Shown: positions 23,818-35,220 of the stretch, one piece after another
Numbering within the stretch: the first letter of the stretch is position 1
Layout of the letters: each line of letters starts with the position of its first letter
Assembly (NCBI GenBank): GCA_964016885.1
Contig: OZ024740.1
Coordinates: 186,992,001 to 187,056,000, forward strand
Source of the DNA: Eledone cirrhosa
Lineage: Eukaryota
DNA length: 64,000 bases
Reading direction: 5' to 3'
Notes under the pieces: model-generated
Told to the model about the DNA's origin: nothing
Database searches by the model: none
What the model saw: only the letters and a program-made list of their open reading frames with translations
Program-made: the position numbers and the translations under genes

Positions 23818-26588
23818 GCGAGAGGAAACAACAGACAAGAAAGAGCAGAGCCGTGGTGGAAGAAGCGACTGAGTGGGCAAATCGGGGAAATGAGAAATGA
23901 CATAGGAAAGCTTGAGTCACTACTGAATGGGACACTAAAAAACATAGGCACTAAAAATAGACTGGAAATAAAATACAAAACTAGGAGTAAAAAGCTAAAT
24001 ATTATCATAGAGGAATTGAAGCAACGCATTGTAGCAAAGAGTGCCAAAATCAGGCGATACGAGAACAGAGTCAGTCAGTATAAACAGAACCGCATGTTCG
24101 ACAACAACCAGAAGATGCTGTTTGGACAGCTTGAGGGGAAAGAAAGAGGCAACGACTTGATCCCTGGGGCGGAACAAGCTAAAACATTCTGGAGAGGAAT
24201 ATGGGAGCAGGATGTTAGACACAATGCCCAGGCAGGGTGGATTGAGACAGTACAGAGGGAGATCGGTGAGAAGGCACAACAACAGACTGATTTGAGTATC
24301 ACAGTTGAAACTCTTAAGGGGCAAGCCAAAAAACTAACCAATTGGAAATCACCAGGCCCAGATGGTGTGCAGGGGTATTGGATTAAACATTTAACATCCC
24401 TCCACCCGAAGCTGACGGCCATGTTCAATGACTGCTTGGTGTCGGGTGAGGTGCCAGAGTGGTTGACAAAAGGTACCACAGTTCTGATAATGAAAGACCG
24501 AATCAAGGGTAATGATGTTACCAACTATAGACCTATCACATGTCTGCCCGTAATGTGGAAACTGTTGACGAGCATTGTGTCTGAGGAAATCTACCATCAC
24601 CTCCACACAAACAACTTGTTACCGGACGAACAGAAAGGATGCCGAAAGAAGTCACGTGGTACAAAGGACCAGTTGCTTATTGATAAGATGGTAATGGGGA
24701 ATTGCAGGAGGAGACACACTGATCTTGCCATGGGATGGATAGACTACAGAAAGGCATTTGACATGGTGCCTCATTCCTGGATCACCAAAAGCCTGGAGGT
24801 CTTCAGGGTGGCAGATAACATCAGACAGTTGCTGGGCAGGAGTATGGGGTCCTGGGAGACAGAGTTGACATCAACTGGAGTATCCTTGGGAAGCGTGAAG
24901 ATCAAGAGAGGTATCTTCCAGGGAGATAGCCTGTCCCCTCTGTTGTTTGTCCTTGCCCTGATGCCCTTGACCATTATGCTGCGAAAAGTGAGAGCAGGAT
25001 ACAAGTTGGGAAGGGGAGAGCTTACCATCAATCACCTCCTCTTCATGGACGATCTTAAGCTCTTCGGGAAAAGTGAGAAGGAGTTGGATGTGCTTGTTGA
25101 CACTGTCCGTATTTTCAGCAGTGATATATGTATGCAGTTTGGTATTGGTAAATGTGGAGTCATTGTGATGAAGAGGGGTAGGTTGAGCAGAAGTAACGGG
25201 ATCCAGATACCAACAGGTGAGATGATAAAGGAAATTGACTCTGAGGAAGGATACAAGTATTTGGGCGTTCTGGAGGCTGATGGCATAAAGAACAAAAAAA
25301 TGAAGGAATTGTTAAGAACTGAATACATTCGGAGAGTAAGGAGCGTATTGAAGTCACATCTGAACAGCAGAAATGCCATAAGCGCAGTAAATTCCCGAGC
25401 TGTGTCTATTATTAGGTACAGTGCGGGAATTCTGAGATGGAATGTTGCTGAACAAAAAGAAATGGATAGGAAGACTAGGAAGCTATTGACTATCTACAAC
25501 ATGTTCCACAAGAGGAGTGATGTCGATAGACTCTACCTAAGGAGATCTGAGGGTGGAAGAGGTCTTATCAGCATAGAGGACTGTGTTCAGATGGAGAAAA
25601 ACAACCTATACAAATACGTGACCTATAGTAAGGAGCCAATGCTCAGAACTGTACTGAAGGAGGGGACAGTAGGCCAGGGGATGTCCAAGGAGGAAATAAC
25701 ATCAAGGAGGAAGAGCAGCCTTAAGGGAAAATCCCTTCATAGTACCTTCTTTGAGAAAACTGAATTTAGAGATCCACAGACATGGAACTGGTTGAGAAGA
25801 GGAGACCTCAAAAAGGCTACAGAAGGAATGCTAATGGCTGCGCAGGAGCAGGCCCTCAAAACGAATTGGTTGAAGCACCATATCTACAAGGAGGAGGCTA
25901 GCCCACTGTGCAGGATCTGTGGAGAGAGAGAGGAGACTGTGGCTCACATTGTGTCCGAGTGTAAACACCTAGCCCAGACCCACTATAAGGGCTGGAGACA
26001 CGATGTGATGGGCAGGGTGATCCACTGGCACCTGTGCAAAGTAAACAATCTACCACATTCTGAGAAATGGTATGAGCATAGGCCAGAGGCGGTGATGGAG
26101 AACAGTCAGGTGAAGGTGCTGTGGGATTTTAGGATACAGACGGACAAAAAACTGGAACACAATAGACCTGACCTGGTGGTTGTGGACAAAGAAAAAAGAT
26201 CGTGCCTGATTGTGGATGTGGCCTGCCCGTTCGACACGAGAGTGCAAGAGAAGGAGAGGGAGAAAATTAACCGATACCAGGACCTAAAGTGGGAGGTGAA
26301 AAGGATTTGGAACTGCCATGAAGTCAAAGTGATCCCGATTGTCATAGGCGCACTGGGGACTATCTCCAAAGGTTTCCAGGGATGGTTAAAGAAAATCGGC
26401 CCCTTCACGCTTTTTGGAACGCTTCAAAAGGCATGCTTGCTTGGAACAGCAAGAACCCTCCGATACGTCCTGAATATCTGAGGCTGCAGGTAGTGGCTTG
26501 ATATTCAATCCAACGGACTTTCCAGTTAACCAACATCAATGACTGAGATTCAAGGAATAACAATAACAATAATAATAATAATAATAAT
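23814..26588 (+). mobile_element. Young 5'-truncated R4/Dong-clade LINE (Dong-2) with (AAT)n tail
   Basis: Open frame from the repeat through EPWWKKRL, RT and RLE; ~75 nt 3' UTR; AAT/AAC tail 26556-26588. Confidence 0.93.
23890..26481 (+). CDS. R4/Dong-type reverse transcriptase + restriction-like endonuclease (863 aa, N-terminally truncated, no stops)
   Basis: WKSPGPDG, YRPITCL, DYRKAFD, GIFQGDSLSP, LFMDDLKL, YKYLG; CCHC CRICGEREETVAHIVSEC, RHD, RPDLVVVD...IVDVACP...K..RYQDL (PD-(D/E)xK-type RLE). Confidence 0.93.
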   Translation: MRNDIGKLESLLNGTLKNIGTKNRLEIKYKTRSKKLNIIIEELKQRIVAKSAKIRRYENRVSQYKQNRMFDNNQKMLFGQLEGKERGNDLIPGAEQAKTFWRGIWEQDVRHNAQAGWIETVQREIGEKAQQQTDLSITVETLKGQAKKLTNWKSPGPDGVQGYWIKHLTSLHPKLTAMFNDCLVSGEVPEWLTKGTTVLIMKDRIKGNDVTNYRPITCLPVMWKLLTSIVSEEIYHHLHTNNLLPDEQKGCRKKSRGTKDQLLIDKMVMGNCRRRHTDLAMGWIDYRKAFDMVPHSWITKSLEVFRVADNIRQLLGRSMGSWETELTSTGVSLGSVKIKRGIFQGDSLSPLLFVLALMPLTIMLRKVRAGYKLGRGELTINHLLFMDDLKLFGKSEKELDVLVDTVRIFSSDICMQFGIGKCGVIVMKRGRLSRSNGIQIPTGEMIKEIDSEEGYKYLGVLEADGIKNKKMKELLRTEYIRRVRSVLKSHLNSRNAISAVNSRAVSIIRYSAGILRWNVAEQKEMDRKTRKLLTIYNMFHKRSDVDRLYLRRSEGGRGLISIEDCVQMEKNNLYKYVTYSKEPMLRTVLKEGTVGQGMSKEEITSRRKSSLKGKSLHSTFFEKTEFRDPQTWNWLRRGDLKKATEGMLMAAQEQALKTNWLKHHIYKEEASPLCRICGEREETVAHIVSECKHLAQTHYKGWRHDVMGRVIHWHLCKVNNLPHSEKWYEHRPEAVMENSQVKVLWDFRIQTDKKLEHNRPDLVVVDKEKRSCLIVDVACPFDTRVQEKEREKINRYQDLKWEVKRIWNCHEVKVIPIVIGALGTISKGFQGWLKKIGPFTLFGTLQKACLLGTARTLRYVLNI

Positions 26589-29298
26589 GCTTTCTTTATT
26601 AACCACAAGGATTTACACAAAGTAGACATTAAGGACAGTACAGGACAATACAGGACGGTACAAATGGGCATTTCTGCGTGTAAAAAGCAAAAAAAAACAG
26701 AGGATGTAATAATAGAACAATGAAAAATTCCTCAATAGGGGGGACACTTCTGAGGGAGAAAGCCCATTAAAAAAAAACCACGGTGACCCTGACCACCAGG
26801 GCAATTGTTCTCTCCCAGTTTTCCACCTTCAATTTACAGGCATATACTCAGAGTAGGTCCACTCACTCGGGCCATTCTTGCCTCTCTCACCCATCTTTCA
26901 ACAAAAAGCTGGGAAGAGAGCACCTCCCTCTCTACCCTGATTTTCCTTTTCAAATGAAATTGGAAAAAGTTAATCAAGGCATCACCGAAGAATTAAGTGC
27001 CCGTCAGCCCTTTCAGATGTGTCCACCATACTATCTCTTTCGCCATGGCCACCAGACAGTTAAAAACTGCCTGCCCTTCCCGGCTAAAGGAAGATGGCAG
27101 GGCAATCCTCACAATGGACTCAGCTGATAGTCGGATCCGTTCTACACGCGACAGAAGGTGTTCGACATAAACTCACAAGTCAGCAATGCTCGGACACTGG
27201 AAGAGTGCATGCAGGACGGTTTCGTCGCCCTGCACGCATCTCGGACATGCCCGGCTGACGGCACCTCCATGCCTGTAGAGTTTATCCCGAACTTGACCCA
27301 GGACTGCAGCTCCGTCAAGGAGATGAGCTGGGGAAAGACGCGTCTACCAAACTGCAACCACACCTGATTACCATCGAGGAAGAGGTGGAGATGTCGTAGC
27401 CTGAGCGCATGTCTGCGCATCATTAGCCACGGCATGCCCAGCCCTCCACGTAGCTGGTGTTGACAGCAGATGGACCGCCTGACCATCGGAGCGTGTCCCT
27501 TCCACAAAAAGCGAAAGAGCAAACGCTCCAGCGCAGTCAGGCAAGGCTTAGGACAAGGCACGACAGTCGGGCGGTAGTAGATGACGGACGCGATGTACGC
27601 GTTAGCCACCTCTGCTCGACCTTTCAGGGATAGCTTCCTCTCCACCCATTGCTGGGTGAGAGAAGCCACCCTGCTCGTCACCTCGTCCCAGTTTTTGTCC
27701 GTCTGGAGGTCCCGACCGAACCAGACCCCTAACAATTTAACTCGTCTGTCCGTCCAGCGTTCGACGGCATAGACCTGCCTCTCCAGGTGCCGAGCTGCAG
27801 GCCCACCGACTTTTCTTGGTTGATCATTGCTCCTGTCACCACTTCGTTTACTCTTAGTGTAGTGCCAATCGCCTCGATGTGTTTGGCGTTCGACACCACT
27901 ACGGAGACATCGTCCGCATATGCTGACACAGATCTTCCGCATCCTAGTTCGCGCGGGATCCCCCTCAACGTCTCCAGTTTGTGCAGTAATGGCTCGAGAG
28001 TCAATACGTACAAGAGGGACGAGAGGGGACATCCTTGGCGGACCGAGCGCATGATGTAGAACGGTTCCGAAAGGTGACCGTTCACTCTCACCACAGAGCA
28101 GATGTCGCTGTGCATGACAACGATCCAGCCTCTGAAGACGGGCCCAAAGCCAGCCGCCCTCAGGACTGCTGCCAGATAATGATGGTTGACCCTATCGAAA
28201 GCTTTCGACTGATCTAAATTGATCAAGGACCCACCCGTGCCAGGTTCCCTAACTACCCTCTCCCCGATGTATCACATGAGGTGGAGGATGTCATGGATGG
28301 ATCTGTCGGGAATGACACATGTCTGCACCTCTCCTACCAGACCACCAACGACAAGCGCCAACATCTTTGCTAGCACCTTGGCCAAAATCTTGAACTCTGT
28401 GTTCAGAAGAGTTATGGGCCTGAAATTATCTATGTTATCCCTCTTGTTCGGATCCTTTTTCAGCAGCGCCACCGCTCCTCGGCTTACAGAGCTGGGATTC
28501 TCCCGTTCTGTTGCCAGTTGCAGTAGACGTCCGCCAAGAGGCCTCCGAACAAGTCTGGCATCTGTACGTAAAGTTCATAGGGCAGACCATCAAAACCAGG
28601 CGATTTACCCCTTGTGCAGCCAGTTATTGCCTCCTATACTTCAGCTGCTGTTATCGGCTTTTCGCAACACTCTGCCACAGTGGCTGAGAGACGCGGCAGC
28701 CCGTCGAGGTAGACACTAAAGTCCATCCCTCGATCCGGCCCGCCGCTGCCCCCCGAACAGCTGAGTGAAGTGTCGCTGAAAAGCTTCACACATTTGCCCA
28801 GGATCGAGTAGCATGTGCCTGTCGTGGTCCACCAAAGACCCGGATCGTGGCTTTGCTGCCACGATGCACCTCTGTCACTCGGGCCCAGTGAACGGCTTTC
28901 GTCCCCTCGTGTCTGAGAGCACGCACCCTAGCTCTGACAACGCAGCCTTCGTGCTTTGCATTGAAGAATTGGTCAAGGACCAATTTCGCCGCAAGTACGT
29001 CGGTCGCGATGCCTTTGCTAAGCACGTCGTATAATTTTCTAACTAGTTCTCCCTCTGCTCTATTTTTCTCTATTGCTAAAGCCTTACTAAACCTAATGGA
29101 CTCTGTTCTAATTGCTCTTTTCAGAGCAAACCACCACTTGTTGTTGACGATGGCCCTCGTCAACGCCCACTTAACTAGTTCACTAATCCGGTCTCTGTAG
29201 GCCTTGCACGCTGGTAATAACGCGTTTAGCTTCCAGTAGCCGGGTCCTTATCTATGAAGCCTATCTAAGTCAACCACACAGATCAGGAATTTATGGTC
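26589..29298 (-). mobile_element. Tx1-B: 5'-truncated copy of the Tx1-A family with a ~265 bp internal deletion
   Basis: Colinear with 17968-20900 at roughly 90% identity by eye; the 3' end AATAAAGAAAGC abuts (ATT)n; deletion junction at about 27290. Confidence 0.93.
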
Positions 29299-30387
29299 TC
29301 AAAAGATCATACTCCATTACAAAATATGCACAAATATACAGTAATGAACTACAAATTTCAGAAGTTCCATTTACTGCTGAAATGAAAAACACAGAAAAAG
29401 CAAAGCAGGTAAAAGTAACTGCAAAGAAAGAACTGCTACAGAAACTGGCTAAGAAAAGGCAAGAAAAGCCTATGTATGGAAAATACCCAGAAAGAGCTAA
29501 CAATCCTGATGTTGACAAAACTTTAACCCAACTGTGGTTTTGCATCCTCTGGACTGAAATCGGAGACTGAAGGACTAATTATATCAGCACAAGATCAGTG
29601 TCTGCCAACAAAAAATTACCAAGCTAACATAATAAAAAATGGATGCAATCCATTATACTGTGTATGTAAAAAACAACCAGAGACCATTGATCATATAATT
29701 TCAATGTGCAGTCCTATAGTTCCAACTGAATACCTAATCAGGCACAACAGAGCTGCACAATATATACATTGGATAATGTGTAAGCATTTTGACCTGCCCC
29801 ATCAAAAGAATTGGTGGGAGCATCAACCACCTCCCGTACTTGAAAAAGATCACATCTCAATCTTGTGGAACTTTAGCATCCAAACAGACCAAAAAATAGA
29901 TGCAAATAGACCTGATATAATACTGAAGGACTTTAAAAAGAGGGTATGCCTCCTAATTGATATGTCCATTCCAATAGACAAGAATGTATCTATAAAAACT
30001 TTAGAAAATTTGAGCAAATATAAGGACCTGGAGATAGAAATTGGAAAAAAGTGGAAATTGAGAACTAAAACAATACCAGTGGTTGTAGGCGCTCTAGGAA
30101 TGATACCTAAGGGGTCTAATGATTACTTATCACAAATCCGAGCGAATCCCCACATATAGGAGAAATACAAAAGATAGTACTAATGGGAACTGCCCATATA
30201 CTAAGGAAGATTCTGTCAATATAAGTACATCACAAGTCTAAACACCTAAAGATGCATGTGTGTGTATGTATGTTCTTTCTTGAACATGGCGGACCTTGTT
30301 GTCTCTTGAGATCACTGGTTGCGACTTGGTGATAACTCATATGAACATAAAGCAAGATAAATGCAACTGTAATAATAATAATAATAA
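29299..30387 (+). mobile_element. 3' fragment of a third R4/Dong LINE (Dong-3) with (AAT)5 tail
   Basis: MYGKYPER, ETEGLIISAQDQ, RHNRAAQYIHW, ILWNFSIQTD, NRPDIILKD...LIDMSIP...KYKDL, VVVGALG; tail at 30371-30387. Confidence 0.9.
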
Positions 30388-30822
30388 ATGAGAATATCAC
30401 TCGTGATACACAAACATACTATCCTGGGGGAAACTTTATCTTTCATCAATAAAACACCACCATGTTGGAGCTAGGGTCTGACCTTTAAAATTTTTATTTT
30501 TATTTTATTTTATAATCACAGGCTTGTGATTATAACCATGATAAATGATAGAATTCAATACACCATTATTTTTAATTTAAAATTTAAGCTGAATTGCAGA
30601 AACCTTCTCTGATTTTCACATTGCTGATCATTCAGATGACAAACTGATAGATTTTCAAGACATTAGATTTTCATATTATACAGCAATATTATATTACAGC
30701 CTATTAGAAAAAAATCATAATTTAATTTTTTAAAAAGCTATAGGAATCACATTCTTTAAAAAGAATATTTTTTGTATGTTTTTATATGTACACACACACA
30801 TGCATATATATATATATATATA

Positions 30823-31313
30823 AACTCCGACCTCACACACTTACACCTCACCAAGACAATGTCACTGGACCGAGACCTTTGGCGGTACTCAGTAATAGAG
30901 AAGACCCGCCTTACCTAAACATAAAGTAAAACCTACTACAGTCAGTAGGCATCTCTAACAAAATACACCCCCCGTCCCACCACCCCACCCCATCCACACC
31001 GCCCCCTTCTATGTAAAGTTATGTTGGTGCCACATCATCCAGGCCGAAACAAATGAGATCGTGTAGGTGTCACGACAAAAAAACACGCAGTCCACGCTGT
31101 AATGTGGCCGTGTAGGCAACACGGTAAAAACCTCCCAGACCCACACTGTAAATGTGGTTGGTGTTAAGAAGGGCATCCAACTGTAGAAAACCTGCCAGAC
31201 AGTCCTATGCGAGCAAGACAATCACTCTTGCCTCAAGTGGGAATACCCCCGTCCAAACCCATGCAAGCGTGGAACACGGACGTTAAACGTTGATGATGAT
31301 GATGATGATGATA
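30823..31313 (+). mobile_element. RTE LINE 3' end (5'-truncated) in (TA)n
   Basis: Near-identical to 56481-56968; (GAT)n tail. Confidence 0.92.
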
Positions 31314-31324
31314 TGTCGTTTTGG

Positions 31325-31480
31325 GTGTATAGTTTAGAAGTTTACTTCTAAGGCATGTGATCCCAAGTTCATTCCCACTGCATGACACACCTAGGCAAGT
31401 GCCTTCTGCTACAGCCCCAGATTGACCACAGCCGTGTAAGTGAAATGTGGTAGATGGGTCACTCTGTGAAAGCCAGTCGT
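31325..31480 (+). mobile_element. Decayed tRNA/CORE-like SINE
   Basis: AGTTCATTCCCACTG B-box-like sequence, CTAGGCAAGTGCCTTCT CORE-like motif. Confidence 0.45.
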
Positions 31481-31858
31481 GTGGGTTTGTCTACATCTAA
31501 ACTTATATATATATATATATTAAAAAGAGCTGCTGCCACAACACTAAAGTTAACTGCAATCACTTGTTTCTGTAACTATTGCTGTTATTACTAATGTTAA
31601 TATTTCAAAATTATATTTCTTTTATATCCAATCCAAAATTTTCATTAATGTAATTATTCTTACAAAATTTTCATTAATGTAATTATTCTTATTCTCATAA
31701 GTCTATGATTTATTTTTGACTTCTAACATATGTAGTCATTTTATCTTACTTTATTTATGCTTATATGCCCTAATGCCCTCAAGAAAAGTTTTTAAATCGC
31801 CCCAAGATTCTATCAACCTTGCCAATAAATCTGAGATTTTCTAACTATATAAGAGATC

Positions 31859-32252
31859 ATTATTGGCAGTATCAGTAGAGGGCAGTGGATTGGCAGTATC
31901 AGTAGAGGGTCGGACGCCATGCTTTCCAGCATAGTTACGTCCCTTTACGATCTGAGTTCAAATCCCGCCGAGGTTGACTTTGCCTTTCATCCTTACGGGG
32001 TCGATAAAATAAAGTACCAGCAATGCACTGGGTAACTGCTGGCCTTGTGCCTAAAAGTAGAGACAATTATTGGCAGTATCGGTAGAGGGTCGGGCGCCAT
32101 GCTTTGACACATAGAGTTACGGTCCTTGCAATTCTGTGTTCAAATCCTGCCGAGGTTAACTTTGCCTTTCATCCTTATGGTGTCGATAAAATAAAGTACC
32201 AGTAATGCACCGGGTAATTGCTGGCCTTGTGCCAAAAGTAGAAACAATTATT
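31859..32252 (+). mobile_element. Nested pair of the second SINE family with a 24-bp TSD
   Basis: ATTATTGGCAGTATC(A/G)GTAGAGGG at 31859-31882 and 32066-32089; same body as 5928-6296. Confidence 0.9.
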
Positions 32253-33887
32253 ATCATTACTTTTCCCAATGTAAACGAAATCCACTCCTCGATTTCAATT
32301 GCAACTAGTAAAGTATTCCACTTTAACTTACATCTTCCAATGCCCCGAGGAAATGGAATAAACGTTAAAACTTCCTATATCCTTTCTCCCACAAAATTCT
32401 CAGACATCTTGGTTCTTTCATAAGCTTTTAAAACTTTGTTCTTCACATTCATATTGCTTCAAATCGATATATATTCAGAAGCATAAGTCACAATGGTTTA
32501 ACTATCAAAGACAGCTATACTGTTTATGTAGGTGTAATCCTGGAGAAAGAAATTGAAAAATTGACAATGTGCCTTTAACCATGTTAACAATTTGGCTATT
32601 TTTCATTTTCTTTTATTCTTGTTTTATTTTTTACCCACGATGCAGTTTTTTCAATGTTGTATACTGTCCCTAATACTAATCACTTGATATCTTCTAAGTC
32701 AGTTTAGAGACAAGTAATATATGGTTTGTTGTAGAACATAATGCAGCTTCTGTGGCAGGCAGGTTTTCAAATCTATGACCTGTACACAAAATATTTGTAC
32801 TTTTCCAAACACTCAGAAATCAAGCCTTTTATGTGAAACCAATACATTATTTTTTATTTGTTTTGTTATTAACCACGTTGATGATGAAAAATGATATAAA
32901 AGATGTGAGATGATTTAGTTAATACATTCTCTAAAAAGAAAGAGACAGAGATGGAAAAGTGGGAAGCATGAAAACCTTTTTTTTTTTCGTCTTTCTATGA
33001 TTAATTCATATCCTGACAACTACAGGTCTTTTAGTGTGTAAGTTTTTACAATAAATTACAAATGATCATGAGACAATATCACAAATTTCAGCAGATTTAT
33101 AATATCAAATGATGAAGAAATGGTGTTAGTCATGAAGGTAGGAAGTAATGTGTTAAACAATGGCAATATTTATATAAAATAAAGAAACATTTTTGGTTAT
33201 TTATTTTTTTTTTGTGTCATTATCTTTTATCATCTTAAGTGTTTATAAAAGAACATTCTAAAGAATGGGAATGTTATTTTCCTTAACAGCATGTATTCTG
33301 TAAATTTATCATATTCCTGCAGTTATTCTACTTCACTCTTTAACCATGGAGTTCTACGTTCTTGTTGAATTCTTTTATTTTAATATATAACTAGTATGGT
33401 GGATGGATTGGCAGAATCATTACAGTGTTAGACCAAATGCCCTACAATATCAAATTACAATATTACATTCTGATTTCAAATTCTTTTGAGATCAATTTAC
33501 ATTTTATCCATGTCCACCAGGACTATGAGGTGGACTGACACTTAAGTTTCATTTATGGTGGTAACATGTGGAATAAATATATTTAAGCTTACGTTTCTGA
33601 ATTATTACTGAGTTAGTTCACAACTTTCATTACATTGTTGAATGCTGCAACTACCACAGTATATAATTTTCAAAATTGCATATTACATATTTAGATTTTG
33701 TTAAAGAGACATGCCTCTTGACATTTTCTCATCTTTCCTTTGCTGTCAAATCGTAATTTGGTATCATTTTTAAGGAGAGTACTTTAAACTTCTTGAATCT
33801 TTCACCTTATCTATCTATCTAACAACCTATCTATCTATCAATTCATCTATCTTCCCCCACCTCTCTCTCTCTCTCTATATATATATA

Positions 33888-33957
<70 letters not shown>

Positions 33958-34989
33958 TCATTGTAATGAACTATATGCTTCTTCAAAATTTCTGAAGTCT
34001 TTTCAACAATGTCAGAATTTAAGATTATTATAATTGTCAGGTTGCTGACAAATACACTATATTATTGAACTAAATACTTGCCCACTTTTAATTTTGTCAA
34101 TTTATACATCTATCTAAATCTTCATTGAGATTAACTTTGGCGTCTAACTATTTGGAATTAACAACATAGAGAAAATAATATGTTAGAGGTTGTTTCATTT
34201 GACTATATCCCTCCAACAGTGCTTCTGAAAATAATTTTATCAGGGTATATGCAGTTTGTCATTTTGTCCAACCCAATGGGGATGATAATGATGTACTCAC
34301 TGATAAAATTGCTTCCTAATGCACTATAAAAAGGATATAGTTAAATGCGTGTGTGTACACATTTGCATAGACATGACTGTGGTTAAAGAGTTTCACTGCA
34401 AGACACTTTGGGTAAGTGCCTTCTACCAAAGTCTCAGATTGATTAATATCATGTTAGTGAAATTGTATCGACAGAAACTGGGCATAAACCCATATTTATC
34501 TATCGACCCCCCCCCCCCATCTCTCTCTCCTCTCTCTCTCTCTCTATATATATACTCGCAACCAAATTACACAATTAAAGAAAAACACAATTAGTTCTAA
34601 AACTACAAACACCTACCCCATAAGCTTACATGAAAATATAAGCATATGTATATATAGCATGTGTGTATGTGTATATACACACATGCTACACTTAGATCTT
34701 AATTCTCCTTCTGCTTCCCTGTGCAATTTTAATAACACTCCATGACAAAACTTTTTCATCCAAAATCCTAGTCTTCAGTGCTAATAATGTATTTAAAAAA
34801 TCATCATCTATCTGAATCTGTTGGCAAATTAGCAGAGTTTAAATATTGCTAAGATCAATGATGCATTTCATCTTTATTGATTGAATCGATCAACCAGATC
34901 CCAGGCCTCATTCGCATACCACGGAGGAACTCATCAAATCAGACCAAGGAAACAATGTTTCCATTTGTCTTTCCATTGCTGATACTATC

Positions 34990-35220
34990 TACTGGTTGCA
35001 ACTAGACTGGGTTGTATGTTGTGTTCTTGACTAAAATACTTCATTTCACATTGCTTTAGCATACTAGGCTGAAAATGTGTACCAGTAATAGCTGGGGGGT
35101 TAACACTTCAATGGACTGGTATCCTATGCAGTGGGAGGTCTTGTACACTCAATTGCTTCACACCATGAAAACTAGGATATGCACTGGCCTGATGAGCCTT
35201 CAGGCTCGAAACAAGATATT
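34990..35220 (+). mobile_element. Decayed SINE with CORE-like domain and GGCCTGATGAGCC tail
   Basis: GTTGTGTTCTTGACTAAAATACTT, ATGGACTGGTATCCTATGCAG, GCTTCACACCATGAAAACTAGGAT; related to 2585-2735. Confidence 0.55.

Noticed and set aside
27280-27300. Spliced-out intron explaining the ~265 bp deletion in Tx1-B
   Set aside because: A GT-AG excision would give CAA|TTC, but the junction reads CAAGTTC; it fits a 3-nt (AGT) microhomology deletion.
30388-30480. Continuation of Dong-1 beyond the nest
   Set aside because: No recognisable RLE motifs (C...RHD, PD) in this segment, so the original target site cannot be reconstructed.
35189-35220. Hammerhead ribozyme CTGATGAGCCTTCAGGCTCGAAAC
   Set aside because: The core words are present, but the hairpin GAGCC/GGCTC sequesters the core GA, stem I cannot form, and the sister copy at 2714 lacks GAAA. 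More likely a SINE-tail stem-loop.
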